Assembly: GCA_000091205.1 (NCBI GenBank)
Contig: AP006496.2
Source of the DNA: Cyanidioschyzon merolae
Lineage: Eukaryota
DNA length: 64,000 bases
Strand: one strand, 5' to 3'
The notes under the pieces were generated by a model. The model did no database searches. It was not told where the DNA came from and saw nothing but the letters and a program-made list of their open reading frames with translations. The position numbers and the translations under genes are program-made. Shown here in pieces: positions 31,244 through 42,626 of the stretch (the stretch's first letter is position 1; every line of letters begins with the position of its first letter).

Positions 31244-33160
31244 TTACTGCTCACTTTTTACAGCACTGAGCATGCTATCCAGAACTCTGCTGATGGTGTG
31301 CCCCGACTGGACCAACTCCGAAGGCTCGTGACTGGCGCTGACATGCAGCACTAGTGCGGGTGGCAGTCTCAGGTGCTCGGTCAAGACCTGGCCGGGCACA
31401 GATGCCCAGATTCCGTGGCGGATTAAGCGCTCTCGAGCTAGTACCCAGAAGCGTTCCGTCACGAGTTCTTCGAAAGCCCCGGCCTGGTACATGCCTGGGA
31501 TGACCATCTCGTGCGCTGTGGCAGCTGCAGCCACCGCAGAGGCATGGTTGATTTGCCGAATAGCTGCATCGGTTACCATGGAGCCGAGCTCCTCCGTTGC
31601 TTCCGCGGAGATGGACGAGCCCGAATCCGATAGGCTGTCGGCGTCACCGTCCTCGTTCATCTCAGTTGAACGAAGCTGATCAGCACGATTCCGAAGTTGT
31701 TTTTCAGTTGCCTGCACCAGCTGGAGCACTCGGGCCAGAAGCGACTGCACTCCTCGGCTACTGAGCCGCAGATAGATCAGCGGCGATTCGTCAACGTTGC
31801 CTTCGACAAGCACATTCGCGGGTAGATGCTCTCGCAGTGTACGGCGCAACAAAGCGGCGTTTGAGCGCACGCGCTCAGACCGATTCGGCTCTTCGCACAA
31901 CAGCTGGATACCGACACTTACTGCCTCCGCTAGGAACGGCGGCTGAGATGCACTGAAACAATACCCCGCACTGCTCAAACGTTGATGATCTACCACAGAA
32001 AGTTCGGCTCCGACACAGAATCCACCAACAGAGGCGAGCGAAAACGCCACATCGACGACAACGATGTCGACATCACGACCGAGCTGGAGACCGAAATGTT
32101 CGCAAGCACCTCGCCCGGTTGCACCAAGAACACCCATAGAGTGGCTTTCGTCCACAAATAGACGCAAGTTGCTGTGCCGACGCCTCACCGCAGCAAACTC
32201 GTCCAATCGAGCAACCATCCCTGTATTTTGATAAATGCCTTCAACGATGATGAACTGACGATGCAGAAGATTTGATCTGCTTTTCGGCTGTGTTGACTCA
32301 ATGGCCACAATTTTGCGTTCCAGATCAGCGGGATCATTGTGGTGGAACCAAACAATCATTGCCCGGCTTAACTGCATGCCGTTCTGGAGAGCATAGTGTA
32401 AACATTCATCAGCGAAGATAATGTCGCCCTTTTTCGCAAAGGCATTAACAATACTAGTGGAGGTGGCTGACCCGAAACTGTAAAGAATGGCCTCATGTGT
32501 ACCCATGAACTTTGCAATTTCGTACTCGCAGCGTAAATGGACATCCATCGTTCCATAAAAACCGCGAGGCCCGCAAGCACCGCAGCCATACTTGAGTAGT
32601 ATGCGTCTGCATGCCTCTTCGATTCGTGGTTCCCTCTGGAAGCCCAAATAATTTGCAGACGCAAAGTTCAGACATCGTTTCAGGCCGTGGTCACCGATCT
32701 GGACGACACAGTACCCACCGGGCTCGTAGGCATGAACGGTGGGCGCCTCTAGCAGGTCAGATGTCTCGGTGTCTGCGAGTTCACCGCTGCCAAGGGCAAT
32801 GGAAACACTCGTACGAACCAGACTTAGAGTCGCTTCGGTCGACGCGCCGTTACGTGGACTCAAAATTGCGGACTCAGTACTCGGAGGAACCAGCGCCTCG
32901 GGCGTCCATTCGTCGCAGAGCGCATCGATTTCCTCTTCCGTGAGATCATCCGCGCGCGATTTCAGAGCGAACCGTGCAGCCGCGCGACTCGGCGTGCCAC
33001 GTTCGCGTCGCTGACCCGGTGCATACGCTTTTTGCAGAAAAAAATAGGCAAGAAGCAATGCAAGGCTAATTTCCAAAGCAACGTGAAAGAGAAGAAAGGA
33101 TGTAACCTTTCCCCTGAGCTCGGAGAGAACCGATGAGAGCCATGTGGGAAGCTCCATCAT
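31244..33160 (-). CDS. LCB1: Serine palmitoyltransferase subunit 1 (LCB1/SPTLC1-type alpha-oxoamine synthase lacking the PLP lysine)
   Basis: Class-II aminotransferase/AOS fold: GSATSTSIVNAFAKKGDIIFADECLHYALQNG, FIIVEGIYQNTGMVARLDEFAAVRRRHSNLRLFVDESHSMGVLGATGRGACEHFG. The PLP-binding position reads DVAFSLASVGGFCVG (no Lys), which is typical of LCB1 rather than LCB2. N-terminal TM segment. Confidence 0.85.
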   Translation of the reverse strand: MMELPTWLSSVLSELRGKVTSFLLFHVALEISLALLLAYFFLQKAYAPGQRRERGTPSRAAARFALKSRADDLTEEEIDALCDEWTPEALVPPSTESAILSPRNGASTEATLSLVRTSVSIALGSGELADTETSDLLEAPTVHAYEPGGYCVVQIGDHGLKRCLNFASANYLGFQREPRIEEACRRILLKYGCGACGPRGFYGTMDVHLRCEYEIAKFMGTHEAILYSFGSATSTSIVNAFAKKGDIIFADECLHYALQNGMQLSRAMIVWFHHNDPADLERKIVAIESTQPKSRSNLLHRQFIIVEGIYQNTGMVARLDEFAAVRRRHSNLRLFVDESHSMGVLGATGRGACEHFGLQLGRDVDIVVVDVAFSLASVGGFCVGAELSVVDHQRLSSAGYCFSASQPPFLAEAVSVGIQLLCEEPNRSERVRSNAALLRRTLREHLPANVLVEGNVDESPLIYLRLSSRGVQSLLARVLQLVQATEKQLRNRADQLRSTEMNEDGDADSLSDSGSSISAEATEELGSMVTDAAIRQINHASAVAAAATAHEMVIPGMYQAGAFEELVTERFWVLARERLIRHGIWASVPGQVLTEHLRLPPALVLHVSASHEPSELVQSGHTISRVLDSMLSAVKSEQ

Positions 33161-34642
33161 CCAAGAGAGACCGGGCTAACTGAGAGGCTGCCTGAGCCCA
33201 AAAGCCTCGTCGTCGGGGGCCCGCCTGTGCACCGTGAAAGCAGCGCAGTCGTGCCACTAGCACAACCAAAGGCCGACTCGGCAACACGCGTCACGCAAAG
33301 ACGCCACTGAAACTCTGAAGAAATGCCAATGCCTCTTCGCTATTTCTGTTTCCAGTGAAGAAACTAGAACGTTGTGTGCAACGTTGTGCCGCCACTACCA
33401 GTGAGACTCAGAGTTCCCGCCTCGCCATCCGAACCCTGAGACGCATCCAGACGTGTCAAGCCAGAAAACAGCGACGTAGTCATACTTTGTACTGAAAAGT
33501 GTCCTTTGAATCCACGCACCATCACCCGCCGCGTATCGGGTCTGAGCGCTAAAGTCTGACGGTGCTCGGCGCAACGGCAACAGATGCGTGGTCATGGCGC
33601 CGGGAGCGGCACGCCTAGTGGCGAGTCGTGCATCCGCTAATCTTGGTACCGAGCAAATGCCACTTATGAACGGGCGATCGAGTCGGTGACCACTGTAGGC
33701 CGCGCGAGCGCAGTGTTTCGGCAACAGCAGAGATAACCTCAGTTTTCAATCGGGGGATACGTGCCGGACAGGTTTGGTTGGGGTTGATTTGGGCAATTTT
33801 CGCAGAAAAGTTGGCAAGGAACACATTTCATCTGCGTGCGTTGCAGTAAACTGCAGATCGAGACAAGTCCATGCATCAGACGAGCTCTCCGGAAAGGAAA
33901 GCGATTGCAGGTAGAATCTCGTGTAGAACGATTCGCTGTGCATGCTGAGGCCGAGGACCCGCATTCGAGCCTGTGCAGGGTACGGTGCATATCGAGACGA
34001 CGATCCTGTGCGGTGTGCTCCAGGACAAGTCGGTTTCCCGTGAAGACGTACGAGCGTGATACAGTTTTACCACTCACGCACAAGATCCTATTATTGGTTA
34101 CTCCGCGAACAAATCCATACGAGACTCGGCGACCTGATCTCAGAGCCGTTTCTCATAGTGTGCAGGCAGCTAGAAATCGGCCATATATAGCGAGAGCGCA
34201 GCGAAACGGGAAATGGCCCCAGACAGGTACAATGGGTTGAGTATACGAGCTCGCTGCAGCGCAGCGTGGATCAAACGGATCTTGCGAGAAATAATATTCA
34301 TGCCACAAATCGGAAGTACAATCCGTGAATATTAATATTAGACATGGGGCATAGCATGTGCAACAGATGATGCCAAGCGCCCAGAGTTCGGAATGCGCAA
34401 GCACGGCGTTTCGCTGGGTATCCAATGCATCGAAACCTCTGGTAGGATTCGTTTACAGATCGAATTGGCGTCAGGAAGCAGAGCGCTTGCCGCCCATCAG
34501 GCCGATTTGCGAGGCGTACGACGATGGATCTGCGGGTGCTGTGCCTCTCCTGGTTCGGGGCTCCCGTTCTACTCAGAGCAGCGAATTCTGGACAAGTGTA
34601 CCATGATCCCATCTTGTTGTTGTTTGTTTTCTAGCAGGTATT

Positions 34643-37330
34643 GAACGCCGGCAGTGTAGAGGATTGGCGAGTGACCTGCCCCAGACGAAACGTCTCCAAC
34701 TGACGTGCCGACGCCTCCGCGTCGATTTGGACCGGCCACCCACTACTGCTTTCAACTTCTTCTCATATAGTTCCACTTTGAGCGGTTATCCAACAAAGCC
34801 CTCTCGTGTCAACTCCGGGCGTCTTCGTTCCACCAGCGCATATCGCCTTAGATAGATAGCGGCGTCAAAGTCTCGGTTCACGAATTCCATCCGTTTCTTG
34901 CCATTGATTGCATACGCCAGTGCAAGCAATCCACGAACTTTTGCCCTCCTTTCCATTTGCTCCTCCGTCAGCGCTCGGTACTTTTTTATATTCTCAGGGC
35001 TCCGCTGACACTTTTCCATCTCCACTCTCTGAAGTGCACACCCCGGTTCGTGGTGTGTATACATTGTTCGGAACTCGTCTACAGGCATCGTAACAATACG
35101 CCGTGCGCACTCCTTGCACGCTCTCGTTGTTGGAGCTGGCGTAGTTCCTTTTTTGGACGCCCAGCGCCCTGCCGCATACGCTCCTACGAGCCTCTGACTC
35201 GCGTCCTATTTGAGGGCGCTCAACTCATTGAAAACGTTCGCGAATGCCCGCTGCCTCCCACAGTATAGATTCATTCGCAAACAATCACACCGGGGCTTGG
35301 TATACTCCTCCCACAGCGCATCCCAATGGGCAACATGAACTTCCATGAATTTCCGAAAAGCTCGAAAGTCCGCTCCCCGGCTCATGACCTCGCTCAAGGC
35401 TTCCAGGTGATCCTTCATTCCTGAATTCCAAGTCTCGATTTTCTTCCTTTTATCATTGTACCGGATTCGCGGTAGTATCTCGCTCGCGAGAATCTCAAGA
35501 GACGCATGTCTTTCTTACGTAAGTTACCGTCAGTACCGTCTTCCGCACGTCTGGGTGCAGCAATGGTGATGATATTCGTATTGCCAGGGTCCGCGCCAAC
35601 GACAAAGTCGTTATCCTGCACTTTCTGCGTGGCAGGATCCGCCTCCTTCTTTTCTTTCTCCTTCGTCATGTCAACGACAAGGTCGTTATCCTCCACCTCC
35701 TGCGTCGCAAGACCCGCCTCCTTCTTTTCTTCATGCTTCGTCGTGCCAACGACAAGGTCGTCATCCTGCATTTTCTGTGTCAAAGGATCCGCCTCCTTCT
35801 CATCTTCATCCTTCGCCACGTCAACGACAAAGTCGTTATCCTCCACCTCCTGCATCGCAGGATCCGACTCCTCCTTTTCTCCATCCTTCGTCACGGGCGC
35901 AGCCGAGGGCGGAACTGGCCGATCTTTCTTCAACCGCCGATAGTGTACACACAAGGCTACTCCATCGGTTTCGATCAACCCAGTGAATACCGTTTGCTTG
36001 CTCACTCTCAGACGTTTGAAATCGAAGATATTCTTCCAGTGGGTCTCCCGGTTTTCGCCGGAGAACTCCTCCCTGCTAACATCGAACTCGGGACTGATCT
36101 CTTTCATGCGGCGTCAAGGACTCTGGAGTCGATACTCACAAAATGTGACTTGAGGTTGCACACTGGAACGCCGTTGAAGCGCTTCCCCATTAGGACAGCC
36201 TTCCGTCTCTCCCACTCTTCATTTTTTCGCCTCTCAGCTTCATCTCCGCCTTGCGTTCGAGTTCTAGATCCAAAAACAAGAAATAGCGCAGAATGTGGCG
36301 ATACCATCTTTCCTTATCTTTTTTCAACTCTGATATCTTTTCTATTGGGTTCGCCAACCCCAGAACCGCACGGCGCTCTTGAATAGCCGCGCGGATTATA
36401 GAATCTTCATTCGTGCTCTCTTTTGACACCTTCTTGTCAACGAATTCGACCTCATTTTCACGCTTGCAATCGTTCGTGATGCCACTGATAATCACCCATT
36501 TTCCTTTGCGAGACAGGCCCGTGTAGAGCGCAAACACGGCGCGTATCATAAAACGTTCCAGGGTCATTGTAGAATGGTTCTTCAGATTCTTGAGGTATTT
36601 CATCGCTCCGTGTGTGTAAATATCCCGGTCACCCTTGTATCGAGTACCGTTGAAGCTCTAGAAGGGGTATGTTTTTGTGGAGGGCATGCACTAGCTCATT
36701 TTCCCGCCGCGCTTCCCCTGTACAAAGCGTCAGGCGTCGAATAAAGGTCATGTGGAAAAACCAGTCCGGAACCTCGCCTATTTTGATGTCCGTAACGTCA
36801 TCGTACATCTCCCTCGCCGCATGCATCAGTTCTAAAAAAGCCTTACGAACAGTCCTGGATTACAATTCGACACTGTTTCTGATGGCCTCTTGCAACTTTT
36901 GCCTGCACGGATCCTTGATGTGGCGTAGAAAACAGGCTTTCATCATCCTCTCATCTTACTGGTGTCTCACTTCTAGCTCCTTCTCGCCATGCCATGCCGT
37001 ACTCGTGCATGGAACAAGGCCCCCAGCGATTGTAGACGCTCCGAAAGCAGCATCGCGTGTTTCTAAGCATGTCAAGTTATGGCCTGGATCGCGTTTCCCA
37101 GCAACGGCGAGATGCGCGTTTTGTCCGGTTGTTGCCAGATCTCCAGGCGCCAAGAACAAGACACTTCGACGGACAGCGCATCGCAACGACGATTCCGCGC
37201 TCGATGCATCAACGGCGACGAGAACAGCAGCTGCGGCGGCGGCGGAGGCGGCGCGACGGCGACACAGCGCGATCGGCTCAGATGGTTAATACGAGCTGCA
37301 GGATCAATTCTGACAAGTTGAAGGGAACAC
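34643..37330 (-). mobile_element. Fanzor/TnpB-like transposon copy 4 (internal deletion of the N-terminal NLS region, 1-nt frameshift; 3' half near-identical to copy 5)
   Basis: Minus-strand ORFs 36629..36826, 36190..36603 (N-terminal segment), 35415..36107 (acidic repeats plus Ruv[19 protein letters not shown]), 35206..35418, 34786..35088 (ZnF/RuvC-III: FRTMYTHHEPGCALQRVEMEKCQRS...KKRMEFVNRDFDAAIYLRRY). Tail ends at about 34643 (revcomp ...cgccaatcctctacactgccggcgttcaa). Confidence 0.7.
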
Positions 37331-37383
37331 TCTCTATCACCAATCACAGAGGCAAAACCCATAACAAGATAAAGTCTTAGTCA

Positions 37384-38304
37384 ATGCAATATATATTGAA
37401 AGCACTCCTGTGCATACTCACGGTTATTGCCGTCGTAAGCAGTTGCAGCAACGGATTTCTGATCCCTCGGGCGGCCAGAGACGCAGCGGTGCGGGAGGAC
37501 GGCGCACCACGGCAAGCTGCTTTCGCTGGATATCGCTGGCTCCCCGAAGAGGAGCACAGTCTTCAGCACCTGGTGGAACGTGGACAGGTCTATGTCACGC
37601 AGTCGAAACCCCAAGCCACAAAGACTGTCGAGCCTTTGGTAACACCGAAGGCCACCGCGCTAGCAATAGCTACAAAAAAGGCAACGAAGAAACCAGAAAA
37701 AGTGCAGAAGGTCAAGAAAACAGTCGTCGTGACAGCTCCCCCGAAAGTCATTGTCAAGCCGACCGAGGTCGTCGTGACAGTTACAGCGGTTGCTACGGTC
37801 ACGAAGACACCGACGCCGACTCCCGTGCATGTCACAGTGACGGCTCTCGCAACTGAGGCTGTTACGGTGACCGCGTCCGTAGCAGTCGCAGCAGTATCAG
37901 TGACGCAAACACCCATACCGCAAAAAGTTATCTGCCGTTTTTGGATGAAAAATTGTAATATTCAGGAAATCAATCGGCAGATATGCTTCACGGGCGAGAA
38001 CATTGACCAGTTTACGTGTGAACAGATTGGTTGCTGCTGGCAACCTATCAAGTCGCAGAAGGCGCCCACGTGCTATCGAGCGATCTGGGCTCCGGTCTGC
38101 AATCTCCAATGTAACTTTCAGGCCTATCTTACCGGCGGCCAGGGCGTCTCTGAGACGCCGCTCGTTAAAGCAACGAGCGCGAAGACGGACTCCACGAGCG
38201 ATGCGCCGTCTGGCAGCTCGAATACAACCCAGACCAGCCAGTTGAGCAGTGGGAACGTGTTTTCTGGACTGCAGAATGCACTCAGCGGTCTTCCATCGTC
38301 ATAG
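37384..38304 (+). CDS. Secreted Thr/Val-rich (mucin-like) protein with a trefoil (P-domain)-like cysteine module
   Basis: Signal peptide MQYILKALLCILTVIAVVSSCSNG. TV/TP-rich low-complexity stalk (TVTAVATVTKTPTPTPVHVTVTALATEAVTVTASVA). Then CNIQEINRQICFTGENIDQFTCEQIGCCWQPIKSQKAPTCYR, which matches the trefoil spacing C-x(9-10)-C-G/F-x(8-9)-C-x4-CC-[FW]-x(8-9)-[W/T]C[FY]. Confidence 0.55.
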   Translation: MQYILKALLCILTVIAVVSSCSNGFLIPRAARDAAVREDGAPRQAAFAGYRWLPEEEHSLQHLVERGQVYVTQSKPQATKTVEPLVTPKATALAIATKKATKKPEKVQKVKKTVVVTAPPKVIVKPTEVVVTVTAVATVTKTPTPTPVHVTVTALATEAVTVTASVAVAAVSVTQTPIPQKVICRFWMKNCNIQEINRQICFTGENIDQFTCEQIGCCWQPIKSQKAPTCYRAIWAPVCNLQCNFQAYLTGGQGVSETPLVKATSAKTDSTSDAPSGSSNTTQTSQLSSGNVFSGLQNALSGLPSS

Positions 38305-38921
38305 AGCATGTGAGGTGGAGCGCCGCCTGCTCGATGGATAGATCAGTGCACACAAGGCAATAGCGGGTAGGGATCCACAGGAGGCGACGGCTGGGCGCCA
38401 CTTGCGGTGTGTTACCCCGGGCACCAGCAGATTGGGTAGTGACCTTTCCGTAAAACCAGCGTTTCGGAACAATCCAACCGACGCATTGGCATAATCTTTG
38501 GCTTTAGGACGTCTCGAATGAGGTTTAAATTTGTGTTTAGCAGTACCTTGGTACGAAATAAGCATGCATCCTCCGCGGACGAGTGCTCTCGTTCACGACT
38601 AGCTTGTTCGTTGAGTGGTATGGACGCATTTTTCGTCCAACTTTATAACTTTGCCTGCATTGCTCTTGAACCTGTCCTGCCTATTGAACTTCATGAAAGC
38701 AAGTTGCGTTACGAGCACAGCAACGCGGCGCTCGCACTGGCCCCGGTTCAGCGTTGCCGCTGGCAATAGAGCCGCACCATTGCGGGCAGGGTACGCGGCG
38801 CTGCGGCCCGCGTCACGATACCCACCGTTCTCCTCCGAAACGAAACACCGTCCAGGGACAGTACACGACGCTTCACGAACGTCTCCGCGAAAAGCGTCCC
38901 TGTGTGTGCAATCTTTCGACG

Positions 38922-40382
38922 ATGAGTGCTCAGATCCTTGCCCGAGTTGCTCGATCGGTGCATGTGCTATCGAAATCAGGTCAATGGTGGTACCTCGAAG
39001 CCCTCGTACCGCAGCGTCACTTTCGGAGGTGCTTTGCTGCAGCGAGCGCAGAGCTTCCGCCTCACATCAAGCTCCGTATGCCGGCTCTATCACCGACGAT
39101 GAAAGAGGGAAACCTGGTAAACTGGGTGAAAAAGGAGGGCGAACAGGTCTCGGCGGGCGACGTTCTTGCCGAAATTGAAACGGACAAGGCTACAGTGGAG
39201 TTTGAGTCTCAGGACGAAGGCATTCTGGCCAAGATTTTGGTGCCTGCTGGAACACAGAACGTTCCAGTGGGAACTCTTATTGCACTGCTGGCGGAAGAAG
39301 AAGCCGACGTTGCAAAACTTAGGGAAGCGCCTATTGAACCTGGAGAGAGCGAAGCGGCTTCTGTGAAGAAGCTGGAAACGCCGGCGCCGGAACAGCAGCC
39401 GGCTGAGGAAACCCCCCGAGCACCCGCAGAGGCGCGTACGGTTACCGCTCACGGGGGTGGCCCAGCTAAGCCTCGCACTGAGGCATCCAGAAACGAGACA
39501 TCGAGTGCTCCCAGTCGAGCCACGCCTGAGCCAGACTCGCGTCGTGCGCAGGTAGACGCGAGTCGGCATGCCGCGGATTCGACGGCGGCTCAGCGGCTCA
39601 AGGCTTCACCGTATGCACGGAAGCTTGCAGAGGAAAGCGGTGTTGATCTGTCCAGGGTGCAGGGATCGGGGCCCGACGGCCGCATTGTGGCTGCTGACCT
39701 CGAAGCCGCGCTCCGAACAGCAACACGACAAACCGTGCAGCAGCTACCCCTGGATCTGTTCGTTGAATCGAAGCGTACGATTCCGCACTACCAACTCGTG
39801 TCTGAAGTTCGACTGGACAGCGCGCAAGCTTGGCTGACTGCGCTCCAGAAGAAGCAAGAGCGTTCCACGGACGATGCTCTCGAACTGGAGGATTTCCTTG
39901 TCAAAGCACTGGCGACGGCTGCGCAACGTGTACCGTCGGTGAATGCGTCCTTTATGGGATCGAGCATCCGCGAGTATGCAAATGTCAATGTGCTGGTGCT
40001 CCCGAGCGACCCGAATTCGATGTACCGCGTGATACCAAATGCGCAAGCGATCGGTCTACGGGAAATTCACCGCATACGAACTGGTGGAGGTTCGGAACAA
40101 ACCCGCGAGAATGATGCCACCGATCTGGGCACCATCGGGTTTTCGCTGAATACCCACGTCTTACAAGAGATGGCAATCATTATCCCCCCGCATGCTGCGA
40201 TAGTGGTCTTCGGGAAACCAGATCAACGTGTGATCGCCGGCTCAAATGGAACGTTCGAAATCGGGACCTTCGCCCTGGTGACGGCTTCTTTTGATCACCG
40301 CGTTGTCGATGGTGCTGTTGGCGCTCAGTTCATGGCGCATCTCGCGGAGTATACGCGAGATCCCCTGTCGATGCTCGAGTAG
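38922..40382 (+). CDS. Dihydrolipoamide acyltransferase (E2) of a 2-oxoacid (pyruvate-type) dehydrogenase complex, mitochondrial
   Basis: Lipoyl domain LSPTMKEGNLVNWVKKEGEQVSAGDVLAEIETDKATVEFES (lipoyl-Lys in ETDKA). E3-binding domain ASPYARKLAEESGVDLSRVQGSGPDGRIVAADLE. Catalytic domain with SFDHRVVDGAVGAQF (DHRxxDG active site). The ORF is open from 38754; the start is placed at the Met of MSAQILARV (38922), preceding a presequence-like region. Confidence 0.85.
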   Translation: MSAQILARVARSVHVLSKSGQWWYLEALVPQRHFRRCFAAASAELPPHIKLRMPALSPTMKEGNLVNWVKKEGEQVSAGDVLAEIETDKATVEFESQDEGILAKILVPAGTQNVPVGTLIALLAEEEADVAKLREAPIEPGESEAASVKKLETPAPEQQPAEETPRAPAEARTVTAHGGGPAKPRTEASRNETSSAPSRATPEPDSRRAQVDASRHAADSTAAQRLKASPYARKLAEESGVDLSRVQGSGPDGRIVAADLEAALRTATRQTVQQLPLDLFVESKRTIPHYQLVSEVRLDSAQAWLTALQKKQERSTDDALELEDFLVKALATAAQRVPSVNASFMGSSIREYANVNVLVLPSDPNSMYRVIPNAQAIGLREIHRIRTGGGSEQTRENDATDLGTIGFSLNTHVLQEMAIIIPPHAAIVVFGKPDQRVIAGSNGTFEIGTFALVTASFDHRVVDGAVGAQFMAHLAEYTRDPLSMLE

Positions 40383-41333
40383 ATCGTGCGGGGACTCGCA
40401 CACGAGGACTACCACCCTCTCCACGGCATTCACAGCGGCGTATTCGCGCCTTGCATGGGTTCAGAGTGCCAGCTGCCGGGGCCGGTGTACATGATCCGAT
40501 CCTAGGCGAAGTACTCGGCCATCGGTACATCACGATGAACCGGTCGAGTGCGAGCTGCGCGGCTATGTCCATCGAAGGCACGGTGGCAAGCAGGTGTTCT
40601 CACGGTGTCGATTCGAGGCGTCAAAAGAGCTGCGCTCGGGTGTGCGAGTGCTGCCTTTACTCACGGAAGGGATGAACGCTATCTCCAATTGTGGCCACGT
40701 TCAAGAAAAAAACTCCACGGCAGTGTTCACGTCATGACTGCAAAAAAGATCGATTCAGCGGGTTTGGGGGTGCTGGTCACGAAGGATCGGCGCTGGGTAC
40801 AGTACGCGCGGGGCATATTGCTGGAGATCTGCTCAAAGGCCGATTGGTATCCAGCCCCAAGAAGATGGTGCATGTGTGCGCATAGCGCGTCCGCTGCGTG
40901 TCGCTACGCGGATTCACGACGGATAGCTGAACAAGCCCAGTGCTACTCTTATATTAGATCTCTATCTCTGGTGGTGTTGGAAGTGTGCATTGAAAGTTCG
41001 ACCCGTCGCCACGCTGATCGATATACCGAGTCTGTAGCTAGAGCTCGCATGCCGAAGGGTCGCCAGATCCCGGAAAATGCCCCGGAAACCGCGGAATCAA
41101 TACAGAATGAGGTAGGCGACCATCAGGCACTGCTGCTTTATCCTGCCGAACACGGACGATGTTCGCGCGAGACGGCATGCTGCAACAAGTAATCTGGTAT
41201 GGTTCGCAGCGTACCGGATTGGATTCTGGATTCATAGCATGAGCGACGCCGGCTGCCGCGGTACTCGGGGGAACAACGCGTACCACGCGGTGCCACAGGT
41301 TCCCAAAGCGCTCATTCATCCGCGAGCATTGAT

Positions 41334-42626
41334 TTACAGTGTGGTATCGAATGCGTGAACGCGGAGGTCTTTTCGACGATCGCGCTGCGCAGCCGCTTCG
41401 ATAAAGGACGCCCAGGTGTCCACCATTCGTAAAGCGTCCTGCAGAACGACGCCCAAAGAATCGGGCGGAAGCACTTTGTCTCCGTGCCCGATAAAACCGG
41501 TAATACAAAGCGCTGTGTCCATGCCCGCTGCTCGCAATTTGGCGTACAAAAGCTCGGCTTCCGATACCGGGACGACTTCGTCAAATTTTCCGTGCACGAG
41601 AACAACTCGACTACAACGCAAATCGTGGACATACTCGACTGGACTCAGGATGCGCATCAGATGCGCGGTCTCCGCCATGACGCGCTCGGCGATGTGCATC
41701 CGGTACGGGACGTCATTCTGGAGGCGCCAGTACGTGGACGCCACCTCTGCATCGACCTGTGCGAGGTATCCGGGGAGCGCCTCGGCAGCAGTGCCCCTTC
41801 GCAAAAAGTGATTGTCATGAATAGCTAAATAGAAAGCATGTTTCAGGGCATCGTTCGGACCCAGAGCGTATTCCACAAAGTTATAGAACATGACGTTGCG
41901 CCCGTAATCGTCCGCATCGGGCGGAAGCTTGAGGATTTCCTCGCTCACCGTGGCGGTGCTCGCGAAACCGCCCACAATGCAGATAGCTTTAATCCTGTCT
42001 CGGATGCTCGGACGCGTCGCAGCAATCAAGGACATGGCACCGCTTATGGACGCGCCAAAGAGACTCAGTCGACCATCGGGGCAGAGTTCACGCTGCCGTG
42101 TCAGGTTCAGAACGAGCTGCTCGATCTGGTCGACTCCCGATGGCTGTACGAGCAGCTGTTCCAATGCCGGAACGTTCGGCATAAACACATCGAAGCCAAT
42201 AGCCGCGAACGCCTTGGCGACGTGTTCCAGACGAGGGTCGAATGCGCCTCGCGGATTAATGCCGTGGACGACAACCAGCGTACCACGCGTGCTTTTCAAG
42301 CGCCGGAACCGTCGGACGAGGCTATTCAGCTGGAGCTTCGTCTCCACGACCTGAGGAAAGCGCTCGAGCGCGAGGCGTGCAAACAGTTCTGCGGATAACA
42401 GACGCGCAGACCAGTCCTGCCAGAGGCGCCTCGTAGCTTGTGGCAACGGCACCAGGCGCGTGCTTGCAGACCTCAGTGATAGTGCGCGAAGACGCGGCGC
42501 TTGTACTGGAGGTCTTTGTGGTTTGCCCGCACACCAAGCGCTCCGGCGCTTTCGGCGTAAATTTGGCACCGCTGGTACAAACATGAAGCTTTTCCCTGCA
42601 GACCAATACCGACAATACCGTCTCAA
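41334..42626 (-). CDS. Alpha/beta-hydrolase fold protein (serine hydrolase; GxSxG = GASISG)
   Basis: VVVHGINPRGAF (oxyanion region), LSLFGASISGAMSLIAA (nucleophile elbow), VVLVHGKFDEVVP (acid), ITGFIGHGDKV (His). No finer family call is possible from sequence alone. Confidence 0.65.
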   Translation of the reverse strand: MRRYCRYWSAGKSFMFVPAVPNLRRKRRSAWCAGKPQRPPVQAPRLRALSLRSASTRLVPLPQATRRLWQDWSARLLSAELFARLALERFPQVVETKLQLNSLVRRFRRLKSTRGTLVVVHGINPRGAFDPRLEHVAKAFAAIGFDVFMPNVPALEQLLVQPSGVDQIEQLVLNLTRQRELCPDGRLSLFGASISGAMSLIAATRPSIRDRIKAICIVGGFASTATVSEEILKLPPDADDYGRNVMFYNFVEYALGPNDALKHAFYLAIHDNHFLRRGTAAEALPGYLAQVDAEVASTYWRLQNDVPYRMHIAERVMAETAHLMRILSPVEYVHDLRCSRVVLVHGKFDEVVPVSEAELLYAKLRAAGMDTALCITGFIGHGDKVLPPDSLGVVLQDALRMVDTWASFIEAAAQRDRRKDLRVHAFDTTL

